Assembly: GCA_964489065.1 (NCBI GenBank)
Contig: CAZAXH010000004.1
Coordinates: forward strand, 82,553-146,552
DNA from: an uncultured Planctomycetales bacterium
Lineage (GTDB): Bacteria; Omnitrophota; Gorgyraeia; Zapsychrales; JANLHA01
DNA: 64,000 nt
Reading direction: 5' to 3'
Positions 25,986-38,621 of this stretch are shown piece after piece. Each line of letters starts with the position of its first letter. Positions within the stretch are counted from its first letter, which is position 1. The position numbers and the translations under genes were made by a program. The notes below the pieces were generated by a model. It had not been told where the DNA came from. It saw nothing but the letters and a program-made list of their open reading frames with translations, and ran no database searches.

Positions 25986-26735
25986 TCACTTGGATTGCTG
26001 TTCAAAAATACGCCGCACTTCCGCCAACAGGGTTTTGGCGTGGACGGGTTTGGTCAAATGAGAAACTGCTCCGGCGGCCATTTCCGCGTGAATATCATAC
26101 AAGGAATCTTTGGCCGTTAAAAAAAGCACCGGGATGTCCTTGGTGGCTTCGTCCTGTTTGAGGGTGGCGCAAACCTCCCGGCCCTTAATGCCCGGCAGAA
26201 TCACATCCAGAATAATTAAATCCGGCTTCTGCAGTTTGGCGATCTGTATCCCCTTCTCTCCGGAAGTCGCCGTCAGAACGCTGAGCCCGTTGGGGAGAAG
26301 AATCCCTTTAACCGCTTTAACAAGACCCTCATCATCATCAACAACTAAAACGCTCTTGCGGGCGTATTTCCACTTGCGGTCAAAAACCAGTTTAATCTTG
26401 TCCTGGATAAAAAACAAAAGCATCAGGATGTTAAACAAAATAAACGGCACGGCCTCTCCCGGGGCCAAAGCCAACCCGCCTGCCGCCAGGTAAATACACA
26501 ACAATGCGTTGCCCCCCAGAAAAATTTTCCTGCTCCATTCTTTAAACAGCAGCATCACCAGCGAAACCAGGGACAGGGTGAAAAATAAAAAGACCACCAC
26601 CTGGCGGTGCAGGGGAAAAGGGACATCCCCAAACATGTCCGGATTAGCCAGGAAGGACAACAGGGCTGTCCCATACATAACAACGCACAAACTAATAATG
26701 ACAGCTGCGGATCTCTTATCCCTTGTCATGGGCAC
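25986..26735 (-). CDS. membrane-anchored response regulator (4 TM helices + REC domain)
   Basis: The N-terminal ~120 aa are hydrophobic. The REC domain reads SVLVVDDDEGLVKAV...PDLIILDVILPGIKG...VLFLTAKD...HLTKP. Confidence 0.7.
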   Translation of the reverse strand: MPMTRDKRSAAVIISLCVVMYGTALLSFLANPDMFGDVPFPLHRQVVVFLFFTLSLVSLVMLLFKEWSRKIFLGGNALLCIYLAAGGLALAPGEAVPFILFNILMLLFFIQDKIKLVFDRKWKYARKSVLVVDDDEGLVKAVKGILLPNGLSVLTATSGEKGIQIAKLQKPDLIILDVILPGIKGREVCATLKQDEATKDIPVLFLTAKDSLYDIHAEMAAGAVSHLTKPVHAKTLLAEVRRIFEQQSK

Positions 26736-26766
26736 CTCCCGGGTTTCTCTTGCCTTGACGAATTAC

Positions 26767-27156
26767 TCACTCAACCATTGTCTCTTTTTTTATTTTCAAC
26801 AAATAACCGGAAACCAGCGCCGCAACCGCCATAGGGATGAGATAGTACCCCTGAAACGGGCTCTGGGTCCGGAACACCATTATCAAAAGCGCCACGTTCA
26901 TAACCGCGGTCATTCCCGCCACGACACCATGCAAAAATCTCCACAGCGTATTCCCCATCAACGTGAAGACCGCCACAGCAAAAAAAAACACCGACGTAAT
27001 AAAACAAGATAATAAAAACCAGTCCCTGACCGGTACTGCGGCTACCGGAGCCATCCCTGTGCGCACAAGAACCGGCAAACTATAAAACAAAATAACGGCC
27101 GAAATCACGATTTCGGCCCAAACCATGCCGGAATAAAACTTCGGGTCCTGTTTCAT
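26767..27156 (-). CDS. hypothetical membrane protein
   Basis: Four predicted TM helices. The start is set at the internal MKQDPKF rather than the track start at 27255. Confidence 0.35.
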   Translation of the reverse strand: MKQDPKFYSGMVWAEIVISAVILFYSLPVLVRTGMAPVAAVPVRDWFLLSCFITSVFFFAVAVFTLMGNTLWRFLHGVVAGMTAVMNVALLIMVFRTQSPFQGYYLIPMAVAALVSGYLLKIKKETMVE

Positions 27157-27241
27157 GGCAACAGTTTCCCTGGATGAAACAAAATGATTATGAATTTTTA
27201 AACAGGTATTCCCGCGATTGTTTTTTATTATACAAGAACAA

Positions 27242-28909
27242 CTACGGCCGTACACTCCTTTTTAATATTATTCCCCAAGCGGCCAAAGCCAGGCAAAGAT
27301 ACGCGAAGACGTCTCCGTAAACGGTGTAAAAAGACCGCTGATTCAAAAGCCGCACGCCCGCCACCGCAACCCCCTCCACAAAAACTTTCTTATGCTTTTG
27401 ATCCTGCACATACTTCATGACCTCTCCGGAGGAGGAAACAACGCATGTAACCCCGGTATTCGCCGCCCGCACAAGAAAACGCCGATGCGCAACCGCCTGA
27501 AACACCGCGGCCTGGAGATGCAGCCAAGGGGCTTTCCTGGCCAGGAACCAGGCGTCATTGGTGATATTCACCAAAAGATTCGCGCCGTTCAAGACCAGCC
27601 TCCTGGACACAGAACCCACCGTGTCTTCAAAGCAGATCAGGACCGAATAATGCGCGGGCACTATTTCAAACCTCTCTCCGGCCCTGCCGGCAGCCTCCTC
27701 CTTAACCCGGCGCATCACCGGGAAGAGCGTCGGCACCTGGCCCCGCTGAAAGTCCAGAATAGGGATCAACGCCGCCAGAATGGGGAACTGCGCCCGGAGA
27801 GGGACATATTCTCCAAAAGGAACCAGATGCAGCTTGTCATGTTTTTTGCGCACCTGCCCTTCAGCGGTCATCAGTAATGCGGAATTGTAATAATTCTCCC
27901 CCTGCTGATGCACCGCGCCGAACAAAATCGGGGTGCGGATCCAATACCGCACCGCCTCCTGCATGTCGGTAAACATATCCATAGATTCCCATAAATACCC
28001 CGGGAAAGACGTTTCCGGCCAGATAATCAGATCCGGCTTGGCCTTCAGCACCGACTTGGACAAAGACAAATATTTTTCCATGATCCCAGGCCAGTGGAGA
28101 GGAATCCACTTCATTCGCTGAGGGATATTGCCCTGCACGACGGCCACCGTCATGTCTGCCTTGTCCCCAGAGGCGGCCGCGGTGCGGCAACGCCAGCCCC
28201 CGTATCCAAAAACAAGAACAGATATCAAGACGGCTCCGGCGAGCGGCCCCCAGATAGCCCGGTCTCTAAAAGACTTGTCTTCGACAAAAAAATTCCTCAA
28301 TGTGTCCAATAAAACAAGGTTGATCAACACAATAAAAAACGAAACACCGAACACACCGGTTATATCGGCAATCTGGATAACCGGCAAGAATTTAAACTGG
28401 GAATGCCCCAGCCCCGCCCACCCGAACCCGGTGAACAACCTGTCCCGGATAAACTCCAGTCCCGTCCAAAGAGAAGGGACAAAAAAATACCGGAAGACCG
28501 GCATCCTTCTTTGTATGAGCGCGTAACCGTATCCAAAGAATCCGAAATAAAGCGACAAGTACCCCACCAGCGCCCCCACGGCAAGGACCGCGAGAAACAC
28601 CGGGATCCCGGCCGTGACATGCATGGAAATAAACCAATAAAACATACCGAAGAAAAAAACAACCCCTGCGTAATAAGCCAGCCGGAACGCCTCCGCCGGG
28701 AGTTGGTCTTCAAAGGCCCACATCATGGGAATAAGGGCGATCCAAACCAGCGGCCAGAAATCAAAACACGGATAGGATAAAATCAGCAAAACAGCGGACA
28801 GTAAACAGAGGAGGAAGGGGAAGCTGAAAATAAAATCAAAAGAATTCGTTTCCTTATTCTCCGCAGCAAGCTGCAGGAGTTTTTCCAAAGTATGTTCTTC
28901 CTGGCTCAT
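27242..28909 (-). CDS. lnt: apolipoprotein N-acyltransferase
   Basis: N-terminal polytopic domain plus CN-hydrolase domain (VVQGNIPQRMKW, LIIWPETSFP, YNSALLM, LVPFGEYVP). The start is trimmed to MSQEEH at 28909 (AGGTGA RBS). The long track ORF to 29122 would overlap secA. Confidence 0.85.
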   Translation of the reverse strand: MSQEEHTLEKLLQLAAENKETNSFDFIFSFPFLLCLLSAVLLILSYPCFDFWPLVWIALIPMMWAFEDQLPAEAFRLAYYAGVVFFFGMFYWFISMHVTAGIPVFLAVLAVGALVGYLSLYFGFFGYGYALIQRRMPVFRYFFVPSLWTGLEFIRDRLFTGFGWAGLGHSQFKFLPVIQIADITGVFGVSFFIVLINLVLLDTLRNFFVEDKSFRDRAIWGPLAGAVLISVLVFGYGGWRCRTAAASGDKADMTVAVVQGNIPQRMKWIPLHWPGIMEKYLSLSKSVLKAKPDLIIWPETSFPGYLWESMDMFTDMQEAVRYWIRTPILFGAVHQQGENYYNSALLMTAEGQVRKKHDKLHLVPFGEYVPLRAQFPILAALIPILDFQRGQVPTLFPVMRRVKEEAAGRAGERFEIVPAHYSVLICFEDTVGSVSRRLVLNGANLLVNITNDAWFLARKAPWLHLQAAVFQAVAHRRFLVRAANTGVTCVVSSSGEVMKYVQDQKHKKVFVEGVAVAGVRLLNQRSFYTVYGDVFAYLCLALAAWGIILKRSVRP

Positions 28910-28928
28910 CTCATTCACCTTTTGCCAG

Positions 28929-31907
<2,979 letters not shown>

Positions 31908-31980
31908 GAGAACCGCGTCCTCCCTAACATTTTATTGTCCCCTACAGAATTTTCCTTATAAAGACCCGTCCCCGCCGGTT

Positions 31981-33081
31981 TCAGGCCGAAACGTCCGGTT
32001 TCCAGCGTAAAAACGCGTCTATAAACAAACTCAGGTCGCCGTCCATCACCCGGGACACATTCCCCGTTTCCGCATCAGTGCGGTGATCTTTCACCATACT
32101 GTACGGGTGCATCACATAAGAGCGAATCTGGCTGCCCCATTCAATTTTCTGCTTCTGCCCGTATTCCTTGGCCATGCGCTCTTCCTGTTCTTTACGTTTT
32201 TTCTCATACAGTCGGGCTTTAAGGATACGCATCGCCATCTGTTTATTCTGAAGCTGAGAGCGCTCATTCTGGCACTGAACGACAATACCGGAAGGGACAT
32301 GGGTCATCCGCACCGCCGAGTCAGTTGTGTTAACGCTTTGCCCCCCCGGACCGGACGAACGGAAAATATCGATCCGCAGCTCATCGGGGTTAATCTCCAC
32401 TTCAATATCGTCCTCAATCTCCGGAATCACATCCACAGACGCAAAAGACGTGTGCCGCCGTTTATTGGCGTCAAACGGAGATATCCGGACCAGCCGGTGC
32501 ACCCCCTTTTCACCCTTCAGATACCCATACGCCATCGGGCCTTCGATGCGCAGGGTCACGTTCTTTATCCCGGCTTCCTCACCGGGAAGGATGTCCGTAG
32601 TGGACAGCTTATATTTCATATTTTCAACCCAGCGCATATACATCCTCAAAAGCATGTTGGACCAGTCGCACGATTCGGTTCCGCCCGCGCCAGCATTGAT
32701 ACTGAGGATCGCGTTGTTGCGGTCGAACGGGCCGGACAAAAGCGACTTGGTCTCCAAATCCGTTATGTCGTTCTGCAGGACCGCCAGGTCCTTTTCAATT
32801 TCCTGCAAAGCCGCTTCTTCGCCTTCCGACAACTCAGCCAGTTCCTCCAAATCGTTAAGCTTATTTGTGATCTCCTCAAAAGGCTCAACGCAGGATTTCA
32901 GGAATTTCAGGTTCTGCATGACTTTATTGGCCGCATCATTATCGTCCCAAAAATTCGGCTGTGACATGTTCTGCTGAATCGCCACTATTTCTTTCTGCTT
33001 TTTGGAAAGGGCCAAAAACCCAGTCAGTTGGCAGACTTTTTCCCTAAGTATATTAATTTGTGTGGTGATACTGTTAGACAT
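31981..33081 (-). CDS. prfB: peptide chain release factor 2 (single uninterrupted ORF, no programmed frameshift)
   Basis: SPF motif (VRISPFDANKRRHTSFASV) and GGQ motif (SGPGGQSVNTTDSAVRMTHVP). The full-length 366 aa, including the RF2 N-terminal domain, lie in one frame. Confidence 0.9.
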   Translation of the reverse strand: MSNSITTQINILREKVCQLTGFLALSKKQKEIVAIQQNMSQPNFWDDNDAANKVMQNLKFLKSCVEPFEEITNKLNDLEELAELSEGEEAALQEIEKDLAVLQNDITDLETKSLLSGPFDRNNAILSINAGAGGTESCDWSNMLLRMYMRWVENMKYKLSTTDILPGEEAGIKNVTLRIEGPMAYGYLKGEKGVHRLVRISPFDANKRRHTSFASVDVIPEIEDDIEVEINPDELRIDIFRSSGPGGQSVNTTDSAVRMTHVPSGIVVQCQNERSQLQNKQMAMRILKARLYEKKRKEQEERMAKEYGQKQKIEWGSQIRSYVMHPYSMVKDHRTDAETGNVSRVMDGDLSLFIDAFLRWKPDVSA

Positions 33082-33208
33082 ATAAATATTTATAATATTT
33101 GAAGTTAAGGATTGGAGGATATTATAACATAACGATTCCTAAAAACAACGAAGAAATACGCAGGATATACCCCACACAACCAGCGGACAAAACGGGAGAA
33201 CAGTTTTT

Positions 33209-33499
33209 TTAAGGGACAACAGGAGGCATAAAAAAGCTGAGCAGAAGAAATATGATCACCACTAAAAGTATTAATATAAAAAAGGCGGGCACAAAAAAAC
33301 CGACACGGACAACCCGCAATTTCCTTCGGGCCCGTTCGGCGTTATAAATCAGCACCGCCAATTCATTTTCGCTGTATTCCCCTCCGGTCCTCTCTGCGTG
33401 AAGGAAATTCACTTTCAATATCTTGGCGTATTCCACCAGAGCTTGCCTGCGTTCCTGCCCGTCTTTGATTTTAGAAATCACCTCAAGTTTCGTTCCCAC
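33209..33499 (-). CDS. hypothetical tail-anchored membrane protein (96 aa)
   Basis: Soluble N-terminal ~60 aa and a single C-terminal TM helix; no similarity recognised. Confidence 0.3.
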   Translation of the reverse strand: MGTKLEVISKIKDGQERRQALVEYAKILKVNFLHAERTGGEYSENELAVLIYNAERARRKLRVVRVGFFVPAFFILILLVVIIFLLLSFFMPPVVP

Positions 33500-33791
33500 C
33501 GGTCTGCCCTTCTCAACATTGAGTGATACTTTTCGTAAAGGCGCCCTCGTTCAAGCGCCCCGGATATTCCGTCCCATAAGCCCAGGACAAAATCCCCCCT
33601 CTCCCGCGGCGTCTGCGTTCAGCGTCTTTTGTGGCACGTCTTCGCGGGCACAATCCGACACCCTGTAAAAATAGTATCCGAACCTAAGGATATTTTCAGA
33701 ATCGAACATCCGGCGCACCCCATCGAGAATAATACGCAAAAGACACCGGTGACAATTCTATCAGGCCTCATATCCCGGATTAAAGACCCCG

Positions 33792-34871
33792 TTATTTATG
33801 GTAACGTTTCAGCCCCTTCAGTTCCAGGTTAAATTCGTCTTTGCTGTCCGCGAACCGGCGGGCGTCCTCTTCATCCACGTATTCTTCTTTGACCAGGTGC
33901 ACCAGGGACTTTTTAAACGACTGCATCCCATACAGGTCGCCGTCATCGATAAATTTCTGAATTTCATTAATCTTCCCTTCCCGGATCAAACGGGATATCG
34001 TCGGGGTAACGACCATGGTTTCATACGCCGGCACACGGCCCGACCCGTCTTTTAAAGGAATGAGCCGCAGGGAAATCACACCCTTAAGAATAATGGCCAG
34101 CTGCATACGCACTTCTTCGTGCAGGTACGGGGGGAAAAAGTTGACGATACGGGTGATGGCCTGAACCGCGTTAACCGTGTGGAAGGTCGTAAGAACAAAG
34201 CTTCCCAGTTCAGTTGCGGTAATCGCCGCGCGCATGGTGTCAACATCGCGGATCGTGCCGATATAAATGATGTCCGCGCTCTGCTGGGTGACATGCTTCA
34301 GGGCCGCCGGGTAAGAAAGGACGTCCGTCCCGAGTTCCCGCTGGTTAATCGTGCTCTTTTTATCCGCGAAAATAAACTCGATCGGGTCCTCGATCGTGAC
34401 AATATGTTTCTCGCTGTTGTTGTTTATATAATCAATCATGCTGGCAATCGTCGTGGATTTCCCGCTTCCCGCCGGGCCGGAAAGAATCACCAGCCCCGAA
34501 GACTCCTCGCAAAACGTCTTCAGCAGCTCAACGGGCAGTTTGAGGTATTCAAAATCTTCCACGCTTGTTTTAATGTGACGGGCCACGAGCGCCGGATGTC
34601 CTCTTTCGACAGAAAGGTTAATCCGGAACCGCCCCACCTCTGGTTCGTTGTAAATAAAATCAATATCTTTGTTAAAATGGAACAGTTTTTTCCGCTCTTC
34701 ATTATTCAGCACCACAGAAGCGATCTGATCCATCTGCTCCTCGCTGATCATGTCCTCCGAGATAACCTTAACAACCCCATTGATTCTGGCCCGCGGCAGG
34801 GACTTCGCGCTCACGAATAAATCCGACGCCTTTTTATCGATCATGATCCGGAACAACTGTTTGATATCCAT
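33792..34871 (-). CDS. pilT: type IV pilus retraction ATPase PilT family
   Basis: Walker A GPAGSGKSTT, plus Asp and His boxes typical of PilT/PilU (..IVTIEDPIEF.., ..TFHTVNAVQAI..). Length is 359 aa. Confidence 0.8.
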   Translation of the reverse strand: MDIKQLFRIMIDKKASDLFVSAKSLPRARINGVVKVISEDMISEEQMDQIASVVLNNEERKKLFHFNKDIDFIYNEPEVGRFRINLSVERGHPALVARHIKTSVEDFEYLKLPVELLKTFCEESSGLVILSGPAGSGKSTTIASMIDYINNNSEKHIVTIEDPIEFIFADKKSTINQRELGTDVLSYPAALKHVTQQSADIIYIGTIRDVDTMRAAITATELGSFVLTTFHTVNAVQAITRIVNFFPPYLHEEVRMQLAIILKGVISLRLIPLKDGSGRVPAYETMVVTPTISRLIREGKINEIQKFIDDGDLYGMQSFKKSLVHLVKEEYVDEEDARRFADSKDEFNLELKGLKRYHK

Positions 34872-34984
34872 GCTCTAACCTCTTTCTTTTAAATGATCCC
34901 CAAAACGGATTTTTCCCTTTATGAAGTAATATTGTACATCCCCGGAAGCGTCCTGAAAACAATTAAACATCCTTTGCGCCGCCC

Positions 34985-35347
34985 TTAAGACGCCGGGCCA
35001 CCCTGCTCTGCGCCGGGGAGAGCCCGTATCCGGGCGGCAATCTCCAGCTCCTGCGCCAACAAACGCGCTTTCCGAGGGTCCTGCCTGCCGCCGTACCCCC
35101 CCATGTCCCCGTTTGACCGGATGACCCGGTGGCACGGGATAATCAGCGGATAAGGATTCTTTCGTAACGCCTGCCCTACCGCCCTCACCGCCCGCGGCCG
35201 GCCAATCCTCTCCGCCACCCATTGATATGACCGGGTTTCTCCCAAAGGGATCTCCAGCGTCGCCTTGAGAACCGCCCATTCAAAATCAGTGAGGCGTCGT
35301 GAAATTTTTCCGTTCACCTTTGCCTCCCCGTTTTCATCCGTTCCCAA
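34985..35347 (-). CDS. ogt: methylated-DNA-protein-cysteine methyltransferase (Ogt/MGMT), catalytic/DNA-binding domain only
   Basis: PCHRV active-site motif (IIPCHRVIRSNG) and HTH region (TRSYQWVAERIGRPRAVRAVGQA). At 120 aa it lacks the N-terminal domain. Confidence 0.75.
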   Translation of the reverse strand: MGTDENGEAKVNGKISRRLTDFEWAVLKATLEIPLGETRSYQWVAERIGRPRAVRAVGQALRKNPYPLIIPCHRVIRSNGDMGGYGGRQDPRKARLLAQELEIAARIRALPGAEQGGPAS

Positions 35348-35386
35348 ACCCCTTTGCCTGAAAGAACCGGACGCCCTGAAAATCTT

Positions 35387-36628
35387 CTAAACATTCTTTG
35401 AAAACACCTTTTTGCCTCGCAGCGTCCGGTGATACGCGACCGCGAACCGGTGCGCCTCATCGCGGATCCTCTGCAACAGCATCAACCCTAACGAATCCCT
35501 GGGAAGGATAACAGCTTTTCGTTTCCCCGGCAAGAATATTTCTTCTTCCCTTTTAGCCAAAGACACCAGCGGGATTTCCAGATCCAAAGCGGCCAGTTCC
35601 GCCCGGGCCGCGGAAAGTTGGCCTTTTCCGCCGTCAATCAAGATCAAATCCGGAAACCGCCGCTGTTCCGCTTTAAGCCGGGTGTAACGGCGGCGGACAA
35701 CCTCGGCCATCATCTTAAAATCATCGATCCCCTCCACGTCTTTGATACGGAACCTCCGGTAATTGCTTTTGTCCGGTTTCCCGTTCAAAAAAGAAACCAT
35801 CGACCCCACGCTGTGCTGGCCCATGATATTGGAAATATCAAACGCCTCAATCCGGTCCGGCCGTTTCGGCAGCCCCAAAACGCGCTGCAGCTGCTCCGCC
35901 TCCTTATAAAAATTCAGGTCCTTGGTGCCGGAATACAGGGCTCCCAATGCGTAAACCTGGTCCCTCACTTTCGCCGCCTGCTCAAACCGACGGGATTGGG
36001 ACAGGAGCTCCATCTCCTTCTCCAGATCGCGGAACAGATCGTTCTTTTCCCCTTCTAAAATCTGACAGACATGCCGGATAATAGCCGCATAATCCCGGCG
36101 GCCGATCTTCCCGCAGCAAGGGGCGTCGCACAGGCCGATATGATGATCCAGACAGGGCTTGTCCGGAAACGGGTCGCACGTCCGGAAATGAAAAATCCGG
36201 CGGATAAAAGTCAGCGCTTCACGGATCAGGCGGGGATTGACGTACGGGCCATAATAGCGTGAGGCCGGGTTCTTCATCCTCGGCCTCACCACAAAAATTC
36301 CCGGAAACGGGTCCCCGGTCACTTCAATAAACGGATACGTCTTATCGTCCCGCAAATCCACATTAAACTTGGGCTGAAAATTCTTGATCAGGCTGGCTTC
36401 CAAAATAAGCGCTTCCGCCTCCGATTGTGTGGAGATCCAGTCAAGATCGGCGATTTCCGCCACCAAGTAATCCACCTTGGAAATCACAGGATTTTTGCGA
36501 AAATACGACTGCACCCGCCTTTTAAGGCTCACAGCCTTGCCCACATAAATCACTTTCCCAGCGCTGTTCTTCATCAAATAAACACCGCTGGTGAGGGGCA
36601 AACTTTTTATTTTTTCTTTTAAATCCAT
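35387..36628 (-). CDS. uvrC: excinuclease ABC subunit C homolog lacking the C-terminal (HhH)2 domain
   Basis: GIY-YIG motif (GVYLMKNSAGKVIYVGKAVSLKRRVQSYF), UvrBC-interaction region, and RNase H-like endonuclease domain ending ...RDEAHRFAVAYHRTLRGKK. There is no HhH tail. The start is trimmed to MDLKEK. Confidence 0.7.
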   Translation of the reverse strand: MDLKEKIKSLPLTSGVYLMKNSAGKVIYVGKAVSLKRRVQSYFRKNPVISKVDYLVAEIADLDWISTQSEAEALILEASLIKNFQPKFNVDLRDDKTYPFIEVTGDPFPGIFVVRPRMKNPASRYYGPYVNPRLIREALTFIRRIFHFRTCDPFPDKPCLDHHIGLCDAPCCGKIGRRDYAAIIRHVCQILEGEKNDLFRDLEKEMELLSQSRRFEQAAKVRDQVYALGALYSGTKDLNFYKEAEQLQRVLGLPKRPDRIEAFDISNIMGQHSVGSMVSFLNGKPDKSNYRRFRIKDVEGIDDFKMMAEVVRRRYTRLKAEQRRFPDLILIDGGKGQLSAARAELAALDLEIPLVSLAKREEEIFLPGKRKAVILPRDSLGLMLLQRIRDEAHRFAVAYHRTLRGKKVFSKNV

Positions 36629-36690
36629 AACACAACCGGACACCCCCAAAAAGGGCACAGGGCCTTCTGCCGCCGTAAAAGCCAAACTTT

Positions 36691-38274
36691 TCAGCCGATT
36701 TTTGTCCCGAAATTCTGTAACCACCGGTAAAGAGCCCGTGCCTGTTCGATCTTTAGCATAAAACATACACACCCGTAAACCAGGGCCCCCAGGATAACCG
36801 CTAACAGGAGCCGTATCATTTCATTCGGGACGCACGCCGTGTTCCATATCCGGCTGACCACCATCCCGGCCACGACCCCGGCCACGACAATCTTGGCGAC
36901 AAAAATTTTAAACCCGCCATCGATCCCCCCCAGCCGTTTGTCTAAACAATAAAAAAGCCAGATAAAATCAACCGATGCCGCGATGGAGCTGGCCAAAGCG
37001 ATGCCCCCCACCTTGAGCGGGATCATCAGCCCGAAATTTAAGACCGTGTTGATCACCAGACAGACCGCGGCAATCTTAACGGGGGTCTTGGTGTCCTGCA
37101 ACGCGTAAAAAGCGGTGACCAGAATCTTGATCCCCCCAAAACTGAACAGCCCGATCGAATAAAATAACAGCGCCCAAGAGCTGATCGTCGTGGAATAAGC
37201 CGTAAACTCGCCGCGCTCAAATAAAATCCGGATAATCGGATGAGCCAACAACATCAGCATAATACTAAAAGGAATCATAACAAAAAATATGCTCTCCAGG
37301 GTAAAGACAAGGGTTTTTTTGAGATGCGACAGGTCGTTCTGGGCGGCCAGGCCTGAAAGCGTGGGCAATGTGGCGGAAGCAAGCGCAAACCCGAAAACCC
37401 CCATGGGGAACTGGATAATCCGGTTGGCATAATAGATCGCCGATATCCCGCCCGCGCCCACGATGGAAGAAAGGGACGCGCAAAACGTATCAATAAAAAT
37501 ATTCAGCTGATACACGCCGGCTCCCACCACGCGCGGCAACAACAACCGCCCTACCCTGACCGCGGCGGGATGGTTCAACGGCAACGGGTTGTATATTTTG
37601 ACGCCGAGTTTCAACATCGGGCCAAGCTGCACCAACAGCTGCAAAAATCCCCCGGTTAAAACTCCAATGGCCAGACCGTACACCGGTTCCTTGAGAAAAC
37701 GGGATGACACAAGAGCGCTGATAATCATCGCGATATTAAGCAAACAGGGGCTGAACGCCGGAACTGTAAACAAGCGAAAAGAGTAAAGGAGGGCCATGGA
37801 ATAGGCGGTCAACCCGATTAAAAGAAGATACGGGAACATAATCCTGGTCAGACGAATCGTCAGGACCAATTTTTCCGTATGGGCCATAAACCCGGGGGCC
37901 ATCAGCCGCACGATATACGGCGACAGGAGTATCCCGAGGAAAGTCAATAAGGTCAAACACATCAGGGCCAGGGCCAGAATAACACTCACGAAACGCCAGA
38001 ACTCCCGGCGGTCTTTCTGGACAAGATACTCTGAAAACACGGGAACCACCGCGGAATTGGCCGCCCCTTCCCCCACAAAATCGCGGAAGAGATTAGGAAT
38101 TTTAAAAGCGACGAAAAACGCGTCGGCCTGAAATCCGGTGCCGAAAAATTTGGCCAAAATCACGTCCCGGACAAACCCCAGCACCCGGGACGCTAGGGTT
38201 CCGATAGAAATAATGGACGTGGATCTAAGCAAGGCCCCGTGGGAATCAGGCTGTCCGGAATTATTATTTGACAT
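36691..38274 (-). CDS. murJ: lipid II flippase MurJ
   Basis: The N-terminus LLRSTSIISIGTLASRVLGFVRDVILAKFFGTGFQADAFFVAFKIPNLFRDFVGEGAANSAVVPVFSEY is a canonical MurJ/MviN signature. 14 TM helices. Confidence 0.9.
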   Translation of the reverse strand: MSNNNSGQPDSHGALLRSTSIISIGTLASRVLGFVRDVILAKFFGTGFQADAFFVAFKIPNLFRDFVGEGAANSAVVPVFSEYLVQKDRREFWRFVSVILALALMCLTLLTFLGILLSPYIVRLMAPGFMAHTEKLVLTIRLTRIMFPYLLLIGLTAYSMALLYSFRLFTVPAFSPCLLNIAMIISALVSSRFLKEPVYGLAIGVLTGGFLQLLVQLGPMLKLGVKIYNPLPLNHPAAVRVGRLLLPRVVGAGVYQLNIFIDTFCASLSSIVGAGGISAIYYANRIIQFPMGVFGFALASATLPTLSGLAAQNDLSHLKKTLVFTLESIFFVMIPFSIMLMLLAHPIIRILFERGEFTAYSTTISSWALLFYSIGLFSFGGIKILVTAFYALQDTKTPVKIAAVCLVINTVLNFGLMIPLKVGGIALASSIAASVDFIWLFYCLDKRLGGIDGGFKIFVAKIVVAGVVAGMVVSRIWNTACVPNEMIRLLLAVILGALVYGCVCFMLKIEQARALYRWLQNFGTKIG

Positions 38275-38316
38275 TCAAAAGCCTCTCTGCTATAGTATGA
38301 AATTCAAAAGAAAGGA

Positions 38317-38592
38317 GTGAGTGAGTTGCCACAAAGAAGATCTGCTATTAAAGAGCTGCGAAAAAGCCATAAAAACCGGCTGCGTAACCTGGATGTGAAG
38401 ACGGAACTGAAAAAAACGATCAAGAAATTTCTTGGTTCGGTCGCCAGCAACAACAAATCGGAAGCGACAACCCAGTTAAAATCAGTTTACAAAAAACTGG
38501 ATAAGGCGGCAAAACGCAACCTCATCCATAAAAACACCGTCGCGCGGCGCAAGTCCCGTTTCAGTATCATGGCCAACAAAATAGCCTCGTAA
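38317..38592 (+). CDS. rpsT: 30S ribosomal protein S20
   Basis: ...AIKELRKSHKNRLRN...LIHKNTVARRKSRFSIMANKIA matches bS20. The start codon (GTG/TTG at 38317-38326) is uncertain. AAGGAG lies upstream. Confidence 0.8.
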   Translation: MSELPQRRSAIKELRKSHKNRLRNLDVKTELKKTIKKFLGSVASNNKSEATTQLKSVYKKLDKAAKRNLIHKNTVARRKSRFSIMANKIAS

Positions 38593-38621
38593 AGCTCCGC
38601 TGCCGCAATACTCTTCCCGCT

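Noticed and set aside
32990-33081. Programmed +1 frameshift site in prfB
   Set aside because: Looked for an in-frame TGA with an upstream SD-like motif in the first ~30 codons and found none. The ORF is continuous.
33500-33791. Possible ncRNA (6S, SRP or other) in the 290-bp gap upstream of pilT, and in the 350-bp gap at 40837-41187
   Set aside because: No conserved primary-sequence hallmarks (for example the SRP GGAAGCAGCC loop) were visible. Structure alone cannot be judged reliably by eye. Left unannotated.
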